Source: a virus | Taxonomy: Duplodnaviria; Caudoviricetes | Virus record (IMG/VR): IMGVR_UViG_3300042268_000564 | DNA: 64,000 nt | Strand: one strand, 5' to 3' | In this document: positions 17,761-27,678 of the stretch, piece by piece | How positions within the stretch are numbered: position 1 is the first letter of the stretch | Layout of the letters: each line of letters begins with the position of its first letter | Notes under the pieces: generated by a model | Databases searched by the model: none | The model's input: the letters and a program-made list of their open reading frames with translations, nothing else | What the model was told of the DNA's origin: nothing | Position numbers and translations under genes: made by a program

Positions 17761-19674
17761 ATGACTAAAAAAGCCGAGCAAAAAGAAAAAGTTGAAAAGA
17801 AACTGGACAGATTCGAGCTTTCCAAGAAGCTTGGAAAAGTCCTGAGTGAAATCAACATACATGGATTGGCAGGGCATGTAAAACTTGCTAGTCCTGAGAA
17901 GATATCAACTGCTTGCTGGCAATTCAATGCCAAGACAAAAGCGTTTACAATTTCGGTGAATATCGAGCTTGTCGACGAGCTTGAGAATGACGAGCTTCGC
18001 ATGTTGCTCGAACATGAACTGTTGCATCACTTCAGGTATCAAAACTGCGACAATCGCAATCCAATCATGACAAATATCGTATTGGATACGGCTATCAACA
18101 AAATGCTGTATCTCTACAGTCCTGAAGTAATGTCATCGATGTCTGATAAAATCTACTTTAAAGAAATGACGAGAGAGCAGGGGTTAGCTTCACCAACAAT
18201 TCTTGCTTGCCCTACACTTTTGCCAGAAGAAATAGAAGCTATTCCTGATGAAAAGATACGGGAAGCTTACATTTCTATTTGGGGCAGCAGACAAACCCCT
18301 GCCGACTATGACCAAACATTGCCTGACCCTACCGAATTGTTTTTTAATCTGGTTCAGATTATTTCTGAAGACGATGCAAGCTCACCTTTCGGGGAGAATT
18401 CCGATGAGGATGGCAATGGTGAGGGTTCAGACGGTGACGGTGAAGGTGAAGGCTCAGATGGTGATGAAAGTGAAAGCTCTAGCTCTGGCTCTGGTAAAGG
18501 TAAAAAATCAAAGGGCAAAAACGGCAAGAAGCAAAAGAAACAGAAAAAGAAAAATCGCTGTAAAATCGTTGATGATGAGGATGAAGAGTCCGATGGCGAA
18601 GGTGATGACAGCGATGGTTCCGGCTCTGGCAAAGATAAAGACGATAAAGAATCTGACGACAAGGAAGATTCAGATGGAAGTGGTTCTGGCAAGGGTGATG
18701 AAGAGTCTGATGAAGACTCAGACAGCGATAATAGCGGTGACGGTGACGATGAGGGTGATAGCGACCCTGACCGTATGGACGAGGGGTATAGCGACATCTC
18801 TGATGAAGTGGCTGAAATGGACAAAGCCATGTCTGACAAAGCCACTGGTGCAGGAAAGGGTGCCAGCTCAATTCAAGTATGCACAAGCATTACCACACAG
18901 ATTAATGCCAAAGAGCTTGAGAGACGACTGCAAGAACTTATTCTTGACCGCACTATAGAAGAAATCTCTAATGCTGTTATTGGTAGCATGGGTGACGAAA
19001 TCGTTTCTCTGCCTTATGCAATAAGACCTACCAATACAACATTGACACATATTGCCTGTGGGCTTAATGAATCAATCCCTCTTTACTGGAACCATAGAGA
19101 CGGCAATACAAAGCCAAAGCTTGCTGTTTATATCGATGTGTCTGGCTCAATGAGTGGGTTAATCCCACTGGTAAGGTCAATTATCATTAAGATAACTGAG
19201 TATCTACCGTCTATCGTGTTTGCCTTTGATACAGGTGTAGCACCTATTTATACCAGTCATTTTGCTGACGCTCACCTTTGCGGCGGCGGAACTAGCTTTG
19301 ACACTGTATTTGACCACATTTGCGCATCACCAGAAGAGCGCAGGGCATGGCTTGAGAAATTTATTAAAAACTGGCAAAAACAATTAGACAGATATGACAG
19401 CGATATGCGTGGCATTGCTGTTGATGGAGGTATGTTGGACTCTGAAATCATGACAGATGATGCACCTGCGATTCTGTTGATTACAGATGGTGAAGATAGA
19501 TTGGACAACCACTATATTAAAAAGTTCAAAGAACTTAATAAAAAACTCATTGTATTGCAATTTGCAGGGGGGTGGGGTGGTTTTAATGTGAAAGATAGTG
19601 TGTTTTATCCTATCGCAAATCAACTGTTCCTTGCTAACAGTAATGGGGAAATTAAAGAAAAACTCTGTGCGTGA
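17761..19674 (+). CDS. Metallopeptidase-like plus vWA domain protein with acidic linker (DUF2201-like)
   Basis: HELLH, long D/E/S/G tract, DVSGS MIDAS, GGGTSF, ITDG. Confidence 0.85.
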   Translation: MTKKAEQKEKVEKKLDRFELSKKLGKVLSEINIHGLAGHVKLASPEKISTACWQFNAKTKAFTISVNIELVDELENDELRMLLEHELLHHFRYQNCDNRNPIMTNIVLDTAINKMLYLYSPEVMSSMSDKIYFKEMTREQGLASPTILACPTLLPEEIEAIPDEKIREAYISIWGSRQTPADYDQTLPDPTELFFNLVQIISEDDASSPFGENSDEDGNGEGSDGDGEGEGSDGDESESSSSGSGKGKKSKGKNGKKQKKQKKKNRCKIVDDEDEESDGEGDDSDGSGSGKDKDDKESDDKEDSDGSGSGKGDEESDEDSDSDNSGDGDDEGDSDPDRMDEGYSDISDEVAEMDKAMSDKATGAGKGASSIQVCTSITTQINAKELERRLQELILDRTIEEISNAVIGSMGDEIVSLPYAIRPTNTTLTHIACGLNESIPLYWNHRDGNTKPKLAVYIDVSGSMSGLIPLVRSIIIKITEYLPSIVFAFDTGVAPIYTSHFADAHLCGGGTSFDTVFDHICASPEERRAWLEKFIKNWQKQLDRYDSDMRGIAVDGGMLDSEIMTDDAPAILLITDGEDRLDNHYIKKFKELNKKLIVLQFAGGWGGFNVKDSVFYPIANQLFLANSNGEIKEKLCA

Positions 19675-20981
19675 CATACCACGGGGCAAGCCCTGTGGCT
19701 TCTCGTTTCAATGACTGGCGTAATCGTCTGTCTCCACGAGCGTAATAGATTCGGAGATGCCCTCCCCTATCAAATTCTGTTTATCAAATGAAAAATCCCT
19801 AATGTTACATGATGCTAAAAAGTCCCTATCATGTTCAGCACCACAATCACATATCCACATTCTGTCAGACAATATGAGGTCTTTATTTATTTTTCCACAC
19901 ACATTGCAGGTTCTTGAAGATGGTTCAAACCGTCCTATTCTAAGAATGTTTTTACCTGCACAGCCTACTTTGTGGATGAGAAAAGAAACAAACATAGACC
20001 ATCCAACATCTCCGATATGTTGTGCCAAACAATGATTCTGCATCATACCTTTTACATTCAAGGTTTCAATACAATATGTGTTGATTTGGTTTTCATCAAC
20101 TAATTGTCTCGAAACTTTATGCAAAAAGTCTCTTCTCTGATTGCTTATTTTCTCATGTATTCTTGCTACTCTTTTCCTCTGTTTGTTTCTTCTATTACTC
20201 TCTTTGCTTTTTAGAGACAGCTTCCTTTGTTCTTTTTTCAGTTTTCGTAAAGATTTCTTCAGATGTTTGGGATTTTCAAATCGCTTTCCATTGCTACAGA
20301 CGGCAAACTCTTTAATTCCTAAATCAATCCCTATTGCTTTATTTATATCTGGATTTTCTCTTTTTGGTTCTGAGACAGTTTCCTCAACTAAGATAGAAAC
20401 AAAATACTTGTCGGTTTTGGTTTTGCTTATAGTGGTTGTTTTAATCTTGCCTTCAAATTGCCTGTGAAACTTGCATTTAATACCTTCTCGGAATTTCATT
20501 ACATACAATTTATTATTTTCAAAGTCAACTTCATTTTTTTGCGGAAACTGGCATGACTGTTTATCACGTTTTGATTTGAATTTAGGAAAACCTTTTTTCT
20601 CCCTGAAAAACCTTGTATATGCTCGGTCAAGGTTTACTAAAGACGCCTGTAAAGATTGGCTATTTATTTCTTTAAGCCATTCAGTTTCAACCGTGTTCTT
20701 CATTGAAACCAAATTTTTCTGTATTTCAAATCTTGAAAGAGTCTTCTTTTCTTTTATGTAATACTCGATTTTTCTATTCAAGGCATAATTATAAATATAT
20801 CTACAACAGCCGAAGTGCTTTGCAAGCAATTCTTGTTGCTGTTTGTTGGGGTAAAGTCTATATTTATATGCCTTTAATCTTTTCATCCCTGCAATATACT
20901 ACATTATTTAGAAATTATCGAGTGTTTGTCTAAATTATTTCGTCAATTCATCCCGATGCAAGCCTACGGGGATTTCTTGGC
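19671..20981 (-). mobile_element. IS200/IS605-family element carrying tnpB only
   Basis: Left-end hairpin CCAAGAAATCCCCGTAGGCTTGCATCGGGATGAATTGAC; right-end hairpin GAAGCCACAGGGCTTGCCCCGTGG ending GTCAC. Left boundary uncertain by a few nt. Confidence 0.8.
19708..20886 (-). CDS. tnpB: RNA-guided endonuclease TnpB
   Basis: AYKYRLYP N-terminus, RuvC motifs GIDLG / IETLN / DRD, CxxC...CxC zinc finger. Confidence 0.95.
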   Translation of the reverse strand: MKRLKAYKYRLYPNKQQQELLAKHFGCCRYIYNYALNRKIEYYIKEKKTLSRFEIQKNLVSMKNTVETEWLKEINSQSLQASLVNLDRAYTRFFREKKGFPKFKSKRDKQSCQFPQKNEVDFENNKLYVMKFREGIKCKFHRQFEGKIKTTTISKTKTDKYFVSILVEETVSEPKRENPDINKAIGIDLGIKEFAVCSNGKRFENPKHLKKSLRKLKKEQRKLSLKSKESNRRNKQRKRVARIHEKISNQRRDFLHKVSRQLVDENQINTYCIETLNVKGMMQNHCLAQHIGDVGWSMFVSFLIHKVGCAGKNILRIGRFEPSSRTCNVCGKINKDLILSDRMWICDCGAEHDRDFLASCNIRDFSFDKQNLIGEGISESITLVETDDYASH

Positions 20982-21028
20982 AGACCTTCTTAACGGTATT
21001 ATATAGTTAAACACAGGGAGACGCTATA

Positions 21029-22696
21029 ATGCCTTTTGACAAGAACACGAAATTTTTTTCCAGCCCCATAATTTATCAGGGTCGTGGCGTTTACATCAAT
21101 GGTGGTAAGACTTATAAGCCTATTGCCATTGATGTCCGTCATTTTATTCAAGTCAACGACTTCTTCTTGGACAGGATTGTTAAAGAAGAAGGTATCTGGG
21201 ATTTGCCTGACAATGATAGCATTGCTCTGGCATGTTTGCGCTTTGTAAGGAAACATATCAAATATACCCCAGACAAAGAGCAAATGGGGGTAGACGAATT
21301 CTGGACATTCCCTAATGAGACTCTTGCTTTAGGAAAAGGCGACTGCTTTGCTGGTTATGAAGAGATTTACACTCAAAATGGAATAAAAAGAATTGACGAA
21401 TTGAAAGTTGGCGATATCGTCCTGTCTTACGATTTTGAAAAGAAAGAATATGTTTACAAGCCAATTGTTGCGGCATGGGAAAAAGATGAGCTGGAAATAA
21501 ATCGAGTTTATTTTAGGAATGGACAATGGATGGACGTTTCTGAAAACCATCCTATGTGGTGCAGGTATAGTCAAAAACATTCTAATTATGAAAAAAGATA
21601 TTTGTCCTCTATCGACTTAACAAGATGGTGGAAAAGAAAAGTTCCAATAGCAAAAAAAATTCCTTATCAAATCAAAGACATGAAATGGCTGACAGACGAC
21701 TTGTGCGTAGTGTTGGGACATTTTCTTGCTGAAGGATGGATTAGACCTAGAGTTAATGTTCCTCATGAGGCATGGACAAGTGGTAGCGAAACAAATACTC
21801 ACATAATTCCTATTTTAGAAAAATATGACATGCCATACAAAACTAGAATCAATGGGTCAGGCGTTACATGTCTAAGATTTTTGGAAGAAAATTTTGCAAG
21901 TTTTCTTTGCAAGCAATTAACAAATAGTTTTGATATCCATTTGGAGGAAAAAATATTTCATCTTCCTGAATCAAAATTAGACAAAATCCTTTATGGATAT
22001 TGGCTTGGCGATGGCACCAAAAATTTAGGGAAAGGGGACAAAAGGGGATTTAAGCAAAGTCGGGAGGCTGTTTATTCAACCTCCTCAAAACAATTTGCCG
22101 CTGATATCCAACGTATCGGATTGCAAATAGGCAAAACCTTCCATATTCAATTCCAGAAAAATCATGGGGGCGCAGGTAAAAAGCCAATTTATAGAATTAC
22201 TTATAATCCTGTTAGCTTCTTTTTGCAAGAACATGGATATAAGGATGTTTCTGAGGTTAGTATAAAAAAGATAGAGCGTTTGGAAAAAACAAAGATGTAT
22301 GACATAACTGTAGCAGATACTCATACGGTTATAATGAAAAATGGGATTATAACTCATCAATGCGACGACGGGTCCATCCTCCTTGCTTCTCTTATGAGAA
22401 ACGCTGGGATTCCTGCATCTAAAATCCGTGTTTGTGCTGGATGGGTAGATGCGGGTAAAAATGCACCACTTGGTGGACACGCTTACACTATCTATAAAGC
22501 TTCTGATGGTGAATTTCGTGTACTCGATTGGTGTTACCTTCCTAATGATTTGCCAGTCTTGCAAAGATTGCCGTATTATCAAGAACCTCGTTATAAAGAT
22601 ATTTGGTTTACTTTTAATGATAAAGGGTCTTGGTCTAAGAATCGAATCCCAACTACAATTTTTAAATCATGTCGAAAGACGAGTTTGCAGACATGA
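21029..22696 (+). CDS. Transglutaminase-like cysteine peptidase, intein-containing
   Basis: Spliced sequence DEFWTFPNETLALGKGD|CDDGSIL...GGHAY...VLDW gives a Cys-His-Asp triad. Confidence 0.8.
   Translation: MPFDKNTKFFSSPIIYQGRGVYINGGKTYKPIAIDVRHFIQVNDFFLDRIVKEEGIWDLPDNDSIALACLRFVRKHIKYTPDKEQMGVDEFWTFPNETLALGKGDCFAGYEEIYTQNGIKRIDELKVGDIVLSYDFEKKEYVYKPIVAAWEKDELEINRVYFRNGQWMDVSENHPMWCRYSQKHSNYEKRYLSSIDLTRWWKRKVPIAKKIPYQIKDMKWLTDDLCVVLGHFLAEGWIRPRVNVPHEAWTSGSETNTHIIPILEKYDMPYKTRINGSGVTCLRFLEENFASFLCKQLTNSFDIHLEEKIFHLPESKLDKILYGYWLGDGTKNLGKGDKRGFKQSREAVYSTSSKQFAADIQRIGLQIGKTFHIQFQKNHGGAGKKPIYRITYNPVSFFLQEHGYKDVSEVSIKKIERLEKTKMYDITVADTHTVIMKNGIITHQCDDGSILLASLMRNAGIPASKIRVCAGWVDAGKNAPLGGHAYTIYKASDGEFRVLDWCYLPNDLPVLQRLPYYQEPRYKDIWFTFNDKGSWSKNRIPTTIFKSCRKTSLQT
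21344..22360 (+). mobile_element. Intein (339 aa) with LAGLIDADG homing endonuclease
   Basis: Starts CFAG; block B VSENHP; LGHFLAEG and YGYWLGDG motifs; ends MYDITV...IITHQ|C. Confidence 0.92.
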
Positions 22697-23451
22697 GAGT
22701 GTTGATTGTAGACGGGAACAATATCGGTGCAATCGCATGGTATGGTTGCTGCAAAAAAGGTCGAAAGCCTAACGCTGCACAAATTGTAGCAAGGTTCAAG
22801 CAGCATCTTGGCAAATTTCGCACAGATTATTTAGCTGACACTGTTTATGTATGTTGGGATGGCAGTGTTGACGATGAACGCCGTCAACTTCTTCCTACTT
22901 ACAAAATGCGTGAAGACAAGCCTGATGGCTATTACGAATTAATGGCTCAGGTAAGAAAACTTGTTGAAAACACAGACTTATACATTTCTGTGTATTCGCC
23001 TGATAAAGAGGCTGATGATTTTATTGGGTTAATTGCAAGATATTTTGACAGTCCGAGAAATACGGTTATAATAGTATCCAGCGACAAAGATATGTTTCAA
23101 CTGATTACAGACAATGTGGTTGTGGTAAGACCGAATGAGCCGCCAGAAAAACGGCTGCTTGACAAGACTGTGTTCAAGCAAAAGTTTGGGTTTGACCCTA
23201 GCTTATTTGTAGATTATTACTGTATGGTTGGTGATTCAAGTGATAAGATACCCGGTGCCAAGGGTATCGGCAAGAAAACAGCGGCAGAGTTGGTGCAGAA
23301 ATTTGGAAAAATAGAAAACATATATGCATCTCTGGACAAAGTTGGCGATAAGACAAAGCAGAAGCTTATTGAATCTAAAGCAGATGTTGATGTAGCCAAA
23401 AAGATTATGACTTTAAAAGAAATTCCCATGTTGGATTGGATGGTATTTTGA
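22669..23451 (+). CDS. 5'-3' exonuclease / flap endonuclease (PolA N-terminal or T4 RNase H-like)
   Basis: LIVDGNN, EADD, SSDKD, GDSSDKIPG.KGIG.KTA. Confidence 0.92.
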   Translation: MSKDEFADMRVLIVDGNNIGAIAWYGCCKKGRKPNAAQIVARFKQHLGKFRTDYLADTVYVCWDGSVDDERRQLLPTYKMREDKPDGYYELMAQVRKLVENTDLYISVYSPDKEADDFIGLIARYFDSPRNTVIIVSSDKDMFQLITDNVVVVRPNEPPEKRLLDKTVFKQKFGFDPSLFVDYYCMVGDSSDKIPGAKGIGKKTAAELVQKFGKIENIYASLDKVGDKTKQKLIESKADVDVAKKIMTLKEIPMLDWMVF

Positions 23452-23900
23452 TGGAGCGAAGTTTGGGTGCTGGCAAGCCCGTAAAGAAGGTAAGACGACA
23501 GCGCAGGACACGAGTTTTTTTTGAAGAGGCTAATGAAAGGTTAAAGGCTTTTGTTAATAAAGAAGCAAAAATCAGGGATAATGACATCATCATGATTCGA
23601 GAATTAGCAAATTTGTTCAATCGTAGCGTGCAAACAATACGGGAATGGGCTAAATCTGGCAAGATTCCATTCCACAAAACAACAGCAGGACGCTACTATT
23701 TCTTACGCTCCGATTTTGCAGAGTTTGACGGAATCAAATTTGACGCTTACACGCCTAGGCAAGTGGCAGAAAAATTAAATAAGACGATAGATACTGTATT
23801 AAGATGGATTAATGAAGGCTTGTTGCCTGCGAATAAGATAGGTGGACGTTGGCAAGTGACAGAGGAAGATTTACAAATGTTCCTTGATGGGGGAATGTAA
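23451..23900 (+). CDS. Tandem excisionase/MerR-type HTH DNA-binding protein
   Basis: Two TIREW..SGKIP / TVLRWI..GLLPA.KIGGRW repeats. Confidence 0.8.
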   Translation: MERSLGAGKPVKKVRRQRRTRVFFEEANERLKAFVNKEAKIRDNDIIMIRELANLFNRSVQTIREWAKSGKIPFHKTTAGRYYFLRSDFAEFDGIKFDAYTPRQVAEKLNKTIDTVLRWINEGLLPANKIGGRWQVTEEDLQMFLDGGM

Positions 23901-24430
23901 TGAGAGATGTAGTTGTTGTTAGACCTTTGTCAGGAGTCTTTGTTGTAAAGTGCCCGTTATGTAATACAGAAAAAGCCGTTGACAAGACTGGGAATCTCGC
24001 AGCTTCAGCCAAAGAGTTTTGTGACGGCTGTGGGGCTTTGTATAATTTCCAGCTATTGGCGATACAGCCATTGAATAAATCATTAGACACTGACACCTAT
24101 CAAGACGACGACATAACAATGATGATGGCGAAGGAAAATGATTCGCCATTTGAAGCTTATGACGATTCAAAAGATATGGCACAGGTTGTGGGAACACAAA
24201 AATTAACAGTTGAAAAACATGCCTTTTATATGGGCGAAGTAATATGCCCTTTTTGTAATGAAGGTTGTGTGGTGACTTATAATGCACCAGAGCCACATTT
24301 GGCTCAATGGTGTCCTGTTGAAACATGCAAGGCTGAACTTGTGGTAACAATATGGGTAACGCAAAGTGTTGGCGGTGACCTGACTGATTGGTATAAACCG
24401 AACGAAAATAATGCCGAGGAGAAAGAATAA
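23900..24430 (+). CDS. Double zinc-ribbon protein
   Basis: CPLC/CDGC and CPFC/CPVETC. Confidence 0.6.
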   Translation: MRDVVVVRPLSGVFVVKCPLCNTEKAVDKTGNLAASAKEFCDGCGALYNFQLLAIQPLNKSLDTDTYQDDDITMMMAKENDSPFEAYDDSKDMAQVVGTQKLTVEKHAFYMGEVICPFCNEGCVVTYNAPEPHLAQWCPVETCKAELVVTIWVTQSVGGDLTDWYKPNENNAEEKE

Positions 24431-25047
24431 TGTCTACATGGATTTTTACGAATGAACATGATGAGCTTTTAACTGTGCCTTACCTTATCAATGGCGAAAG
24501 AATGAAACGGTTTGTGGGTGTGAAAAGCAATACTACATATTTCATGGGCAAATTAACATTGTCGCCAAAAACAAAGAATGAAATAAGAAACGAAATGCTT
24601 GCCCCCTATAAGAATGTTGATGCCAAAAGACTTCCTGAACTTGAAGACAGGGTTGACATGCTATTGAATACTATAAATTTAAGTGAATTCGGCGATGCAG
24701 CTAAAGCTGAAGTTGGTGCCACACAAATTGCAGGGATTAAGGTGTTGCCAGTTTTTGCTTATAAATCTGTAGGCTTTGATTTCTGGAAACAAAAGTTGCC
24801 AAAAACTACCGCTGCAAAGTTAAAAAAGGTTAAGCCTGTTGTTGATGATAAAGATGGTGAAAGGGTTAAGACTGTTAAGCCGACGACAAAAAAGCCAGCA
24901 GTAACGCCATCAAAAGCAGCACCGGAAAAGAAACAGCCTACTGTTGCTGACAAAACTACGCCAGCCTCAAATAGGGCGGCTATGGCGGCTAAAATGGCAG
25001 CGTCAAAAGAATTGTCTGAAAAAACAAGAGCAATCATAATGAAATAA
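24430..25047 (+). CDS. Hypothetical protein with K/A/P-rich tail
   Basis: Translationally coupled ORF followed by a terminator. Confidence 0.7.
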   Translation: MSTWIFTNEHDELLTVPYLINGERMKRFVGVKSNTTYFMGKLTLSPKTKNEIRNEMLAPYKNVDAKRLPELEDRVDMLLNTINLSEFGDAAKAEVGATQIAGIKVLPVFAYKSVGFDFWKQKLPKTTAAKLKKVKPVVDDKDGERVKTVKPTTKKPAVTPSKAAPEKKQPTVADKTTPASNRAAMAAKMAASKELSEKTRAIIMK

Positions 25048-25064
25048 TCTGTAACAATCAAGAG

Positions 25065-25092
25065 AAGAGGGGCTTTTGTCCCTCTTTTTTTT
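25065..25092 (+). terminator. Intrinsic terminator
   Basis: aagaggggc-tttt-gtccctctttttttt. Confidence 0.75.
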
Positions 25093-25155
25093 ATTCCCGA
25101 AAGTATTAAGAAAGGACTAATAATTAGTAACGCATTCATTAGGAGTTGAGAGGAA

Positions 25156-25518
25156 ATGGCTAATTTAACAGGTGCTTTGGTAGCAGTTAAAGTAGACGCT
25201 GAAACAGTGATTGTCATGCAGTCAAAGCATGGTGGCAACATTTTTAATATGGGGCGTGCTCTTCTTTATAAATATACAGACGCCGAAAAAGCCATTGAGC
25301 TTGTACAACATGGACAAATCTTTTTTTTAAAAATGAATGGCATTGAAGCAGCAAAATTTCATGTTGACCCCATAACCATAAATAATGAAGACCAGCTTTT
25401 AAGACTGTCTAAAGGAATGGGTTATGCCAATATTTATATTTATGACAAAGAATGGCTATACTATGTAAGAGGGACTGAGAAGTTTATGCCTCTTGTAGAA
25501 TTGCTGCCCAAAAATTAA
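25156..25518 (+). CDS. Hypothetical protein
   Basis: GAGG RBS; 120 aa. Confidence 0.65.
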   Translation: MANLTGALVAVKVDAETVIVMQSKHGGNIFNMGRALLYKYTDAEKAIELVQHGQIFFLKMNGIEAAKFHVDPITINNEDQLLRLSKGMGYANIYIYDKEWLYYVRGTEKFMPLVELLPKN

Positions 25519-25519
25519 A

Positions 25520-26401
25520 TTAATGGGTGGTATAATCCTCTTCTGACTGTGCAGAATGGCTTAATGCAACTTTGATTGTTGTCTTTTTAAAGTCTTCCAA
25601 TAACTCGCTATGAGCTTGTTTAGAGATTTTTGTTCTTTTATAAAGTTTTGAAACATAATTATAATCTTGCATTATGTCCTTTTTTTCATTTACAAGATGC
25701 TTCGCAATTCCATAACAGTCAGAACTGTCATCTACTTTGATATTAAGTGTTACGGTCTCAAAGCAACCAGTAATAAAATCAATGAACGTATTTCTACTGA
25801 ATATATTATCGATATTATCTGAATCATCGCTCTGCAAATAACCGCCAAGCATGGAGCCTAATTTGCAAGACATCCTTAAAAGGGATTCTGCCGCAAGCTG
25901 ATGTGTTTCTGCAAGAACCTTTGCATCTACTTTAGATTTGAATGTTTTTTTTGCTTTTTCAGGGTGTTTTGACAAGCCGTTTACAAACTGTTGAAATAAC
26001 TTAGTCAAGTCTGATGTTGTTTCTACAACCTCAGTTACAAATTTTTTATCATCAAGCAAAATAGTAAGAAGATTTATCTGGCGAGGGATAGATATTTTAT
26101 ACTCGCTCATTTTTTGAGCCATCCCCGTTAATATTAAACTTCCTATTTGAATAATGTCACCTTTTGCGAACATGTGATGCATAGCTTGGTTCAATTTTTG
26201 TTCGAGAATAAAATTACACATAGCTCGGCTGAGAGTTACTGCGTCTTTTTTATTCTCGATAGAAAAGATTTTCTGATAAAAAGAACCTACTGATTGAATG
26301 ATTTCTTTTTTTGGTTTTTCAACCATTACCATTCCGACTGTTGAGTTAAAGATTTCCTTGAGTTCTTGTATTTTTTCTATTAATGACTTCATAGTTTCCA
26401 T
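25520..26401 (-). CDS. Hypothetical protein
   Basis: 293-aa ORF; TTGACA...CATAAT just upstream. Confidence 0.7.
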   Translation of the reverse strand: METMKSLIEKIQELKEIFNSTVGMVMVEKPKKEIIQSVGSFYQKIFSIENKKDAVTLSRAMCNFILEQKLNQAMHHMFAKGDIIQIGSLILTGMAQKMSEYKISIPRQINLLTILLDDKKFVTEVVETTSDLTKLFQQFVNGLSKHPEKAKKTFKSKVDAKVLAETHQLAAESLLRMSCKLGSMLGGYLQSDDSDNIDNIFSRNTFIDFITGCFETVTLNIKVDDSSDCYGIAKHLVNEKKDIMQDYNYVSKLYKRTKISKQAHSELLEDFKKTTIKVALSHSAQSEEDYTTH

Positions 26402-26460
26402 GTATTTATTATGGCGTTGACTTGATGATTGTCAAGTTACTTTTTATTATACTTTTTGCA

Positions 26461-27625
26461 GTGAACTACCCTTGCCTAAAGGCAATGGCTTCCTGAATGT
26501 TTAGTTCAGTTCGTCCTGTTTCCAGAACGGCTTGTCCCAAGCAATAAATGTTTTTAGCGGCATTTACATCTCTATCTGTTTTGTTTCCGCACTCACAATC
26601 CATTGTTCTGTCCCAAAGTGGTTTATTATGTATTTTACCACACTGGTTACAGGTCTTGGACGTGTTTCTTGGGTCTACTTCTATAACCCTATTGGTTTTA
26701 TATTTCAGATAGTTGATGAATGTTGCTATTTGGGAATTTCTCAGTTCCCTATTTATTCCAGTTTTGTTGCTTTCTGACATCTCTTTCAGTGCTAAATTCT
26801 CTACTACGATTGTATCATATTTACTGGATAGGTCTTTACTGACCTTGTGCAAGAAGTCTTTTACTTTGCGCTCCTTAACACCATACAACCTTTTTATTGT
26901 AATTGAAAGAAACTTGAACCTACGACTACCTTTCTTTGTGTTTTTGTCCCTCCTTGATTTTAGTTTATTTATCTGTTTATCAAGATATTTTGCGTGTGGT
27001 TGATTCTTGATTATCGTTCCATCAGATAGAGTTGCTATATTTGTTATTCCAACGTCAACACCTATCATACCACTGCTCTGTTTGGATTTTACATAATCAG
27101 TTGCTACTATCAAATACCACTTATCATTTTTTGTTGTTACCATAACTTGCTTTATGTTGCCTTGTATATTTCTATGATTTTTGAAACCAATCTTACCATA
27201 CACTTTTGTTATAAACTTATTGCGTTCAATACTAAATCCTTTCTGTGGATACAAAATACCAAAGAAATTTTTACAACTTCTAAACTTTGGAAAACCTTGT
27301 CCGTCTTTGTAATGTTTGAAAAATGCCTTATATGTATTTTCAAGACGTAGCGTTACCTGTTGCAATACTTGACTATGTATTTCTTTTATTAGTTCATCTT
27401 GGTTTCGTAATTGTGTCAATTCTGCCTGTTGCTGTTTACGATAGATATTTGTTTTGTCTTTCTTATACGTCTCTATCCTCTGATTAAGAAAATAGTTATA
27501 CAACCAGTTTAATTTATTGGCGTGTTTCCATAACTTAATTTGCTGTTCTTTGTTTGGATACAACCTAAATTTGTATGCTATCATTTCTGCGCCGTTCTTT
27601 GATTTTCTACGTAATCTTTAAAGTA
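26461..27625 (-). mobile_element. IS200/IS605-family element: tnpB with a 3' remnant of tnpA
   Basis: Right end GAAGCCATTGCCTTTAGGCAAGGGTAGTTCAC; upstream remnant ...KDYVENQRTAQK* overlaps the tnpB ATG; no left-end hairpin recognised. Confidence 0.75.
26466..27584 (-). CDS. tnpB: RNA-guided endonuclease TnpB
   Basis: AYKFRLYP, GVDVG / VVENL / DRDVNAA, zinc finger. Confidence 0.95.
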   Translation of the reverse strand: MIAYKFRLYPNKEQQIKLWKHANKLNWLYNYFLNQRIETYKKDKTNIYRKQQQAELTQLRNQDELIKEIHSQVLQQVTLRLENTYKAFFKHYKDGQGFPKFRSCKNFFGILYPQKGFSIERNKFITKVYGKIGFKNHRNIQGNIKQVMVTTKNDKWYLIVATDYVKSKQSSGMIGVDVGITNIATLSDGTIIKNQPHAKYLDKQINKLKSRRDKNTKKGSRRFKFLSITIKRLYGVKERKVKDFLHKVSKDLSSKYDTIVVENLALKEMSESNKTGINRELRNSQIATFINYLKYKTNRVIEVDPRNTSKTCNQCGKIHNKPLWDRTMDCECGNKTDRDVNAAKNIYCLGQAVLETGRTELNIQEAIAFRQG

Positions 27626-27678
27626 TTATAGCTATTGAGCATATCGCTCAAAAAAAGTTATGAGGAGATAATAAATTT

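Noticed and set aside
18248-18958. Long alternative-frame and antisense ORFs (18248+, 18354-, 18479-)
   Set aside because: Shadows of the low-complexity acidic linker in the vWA gene.
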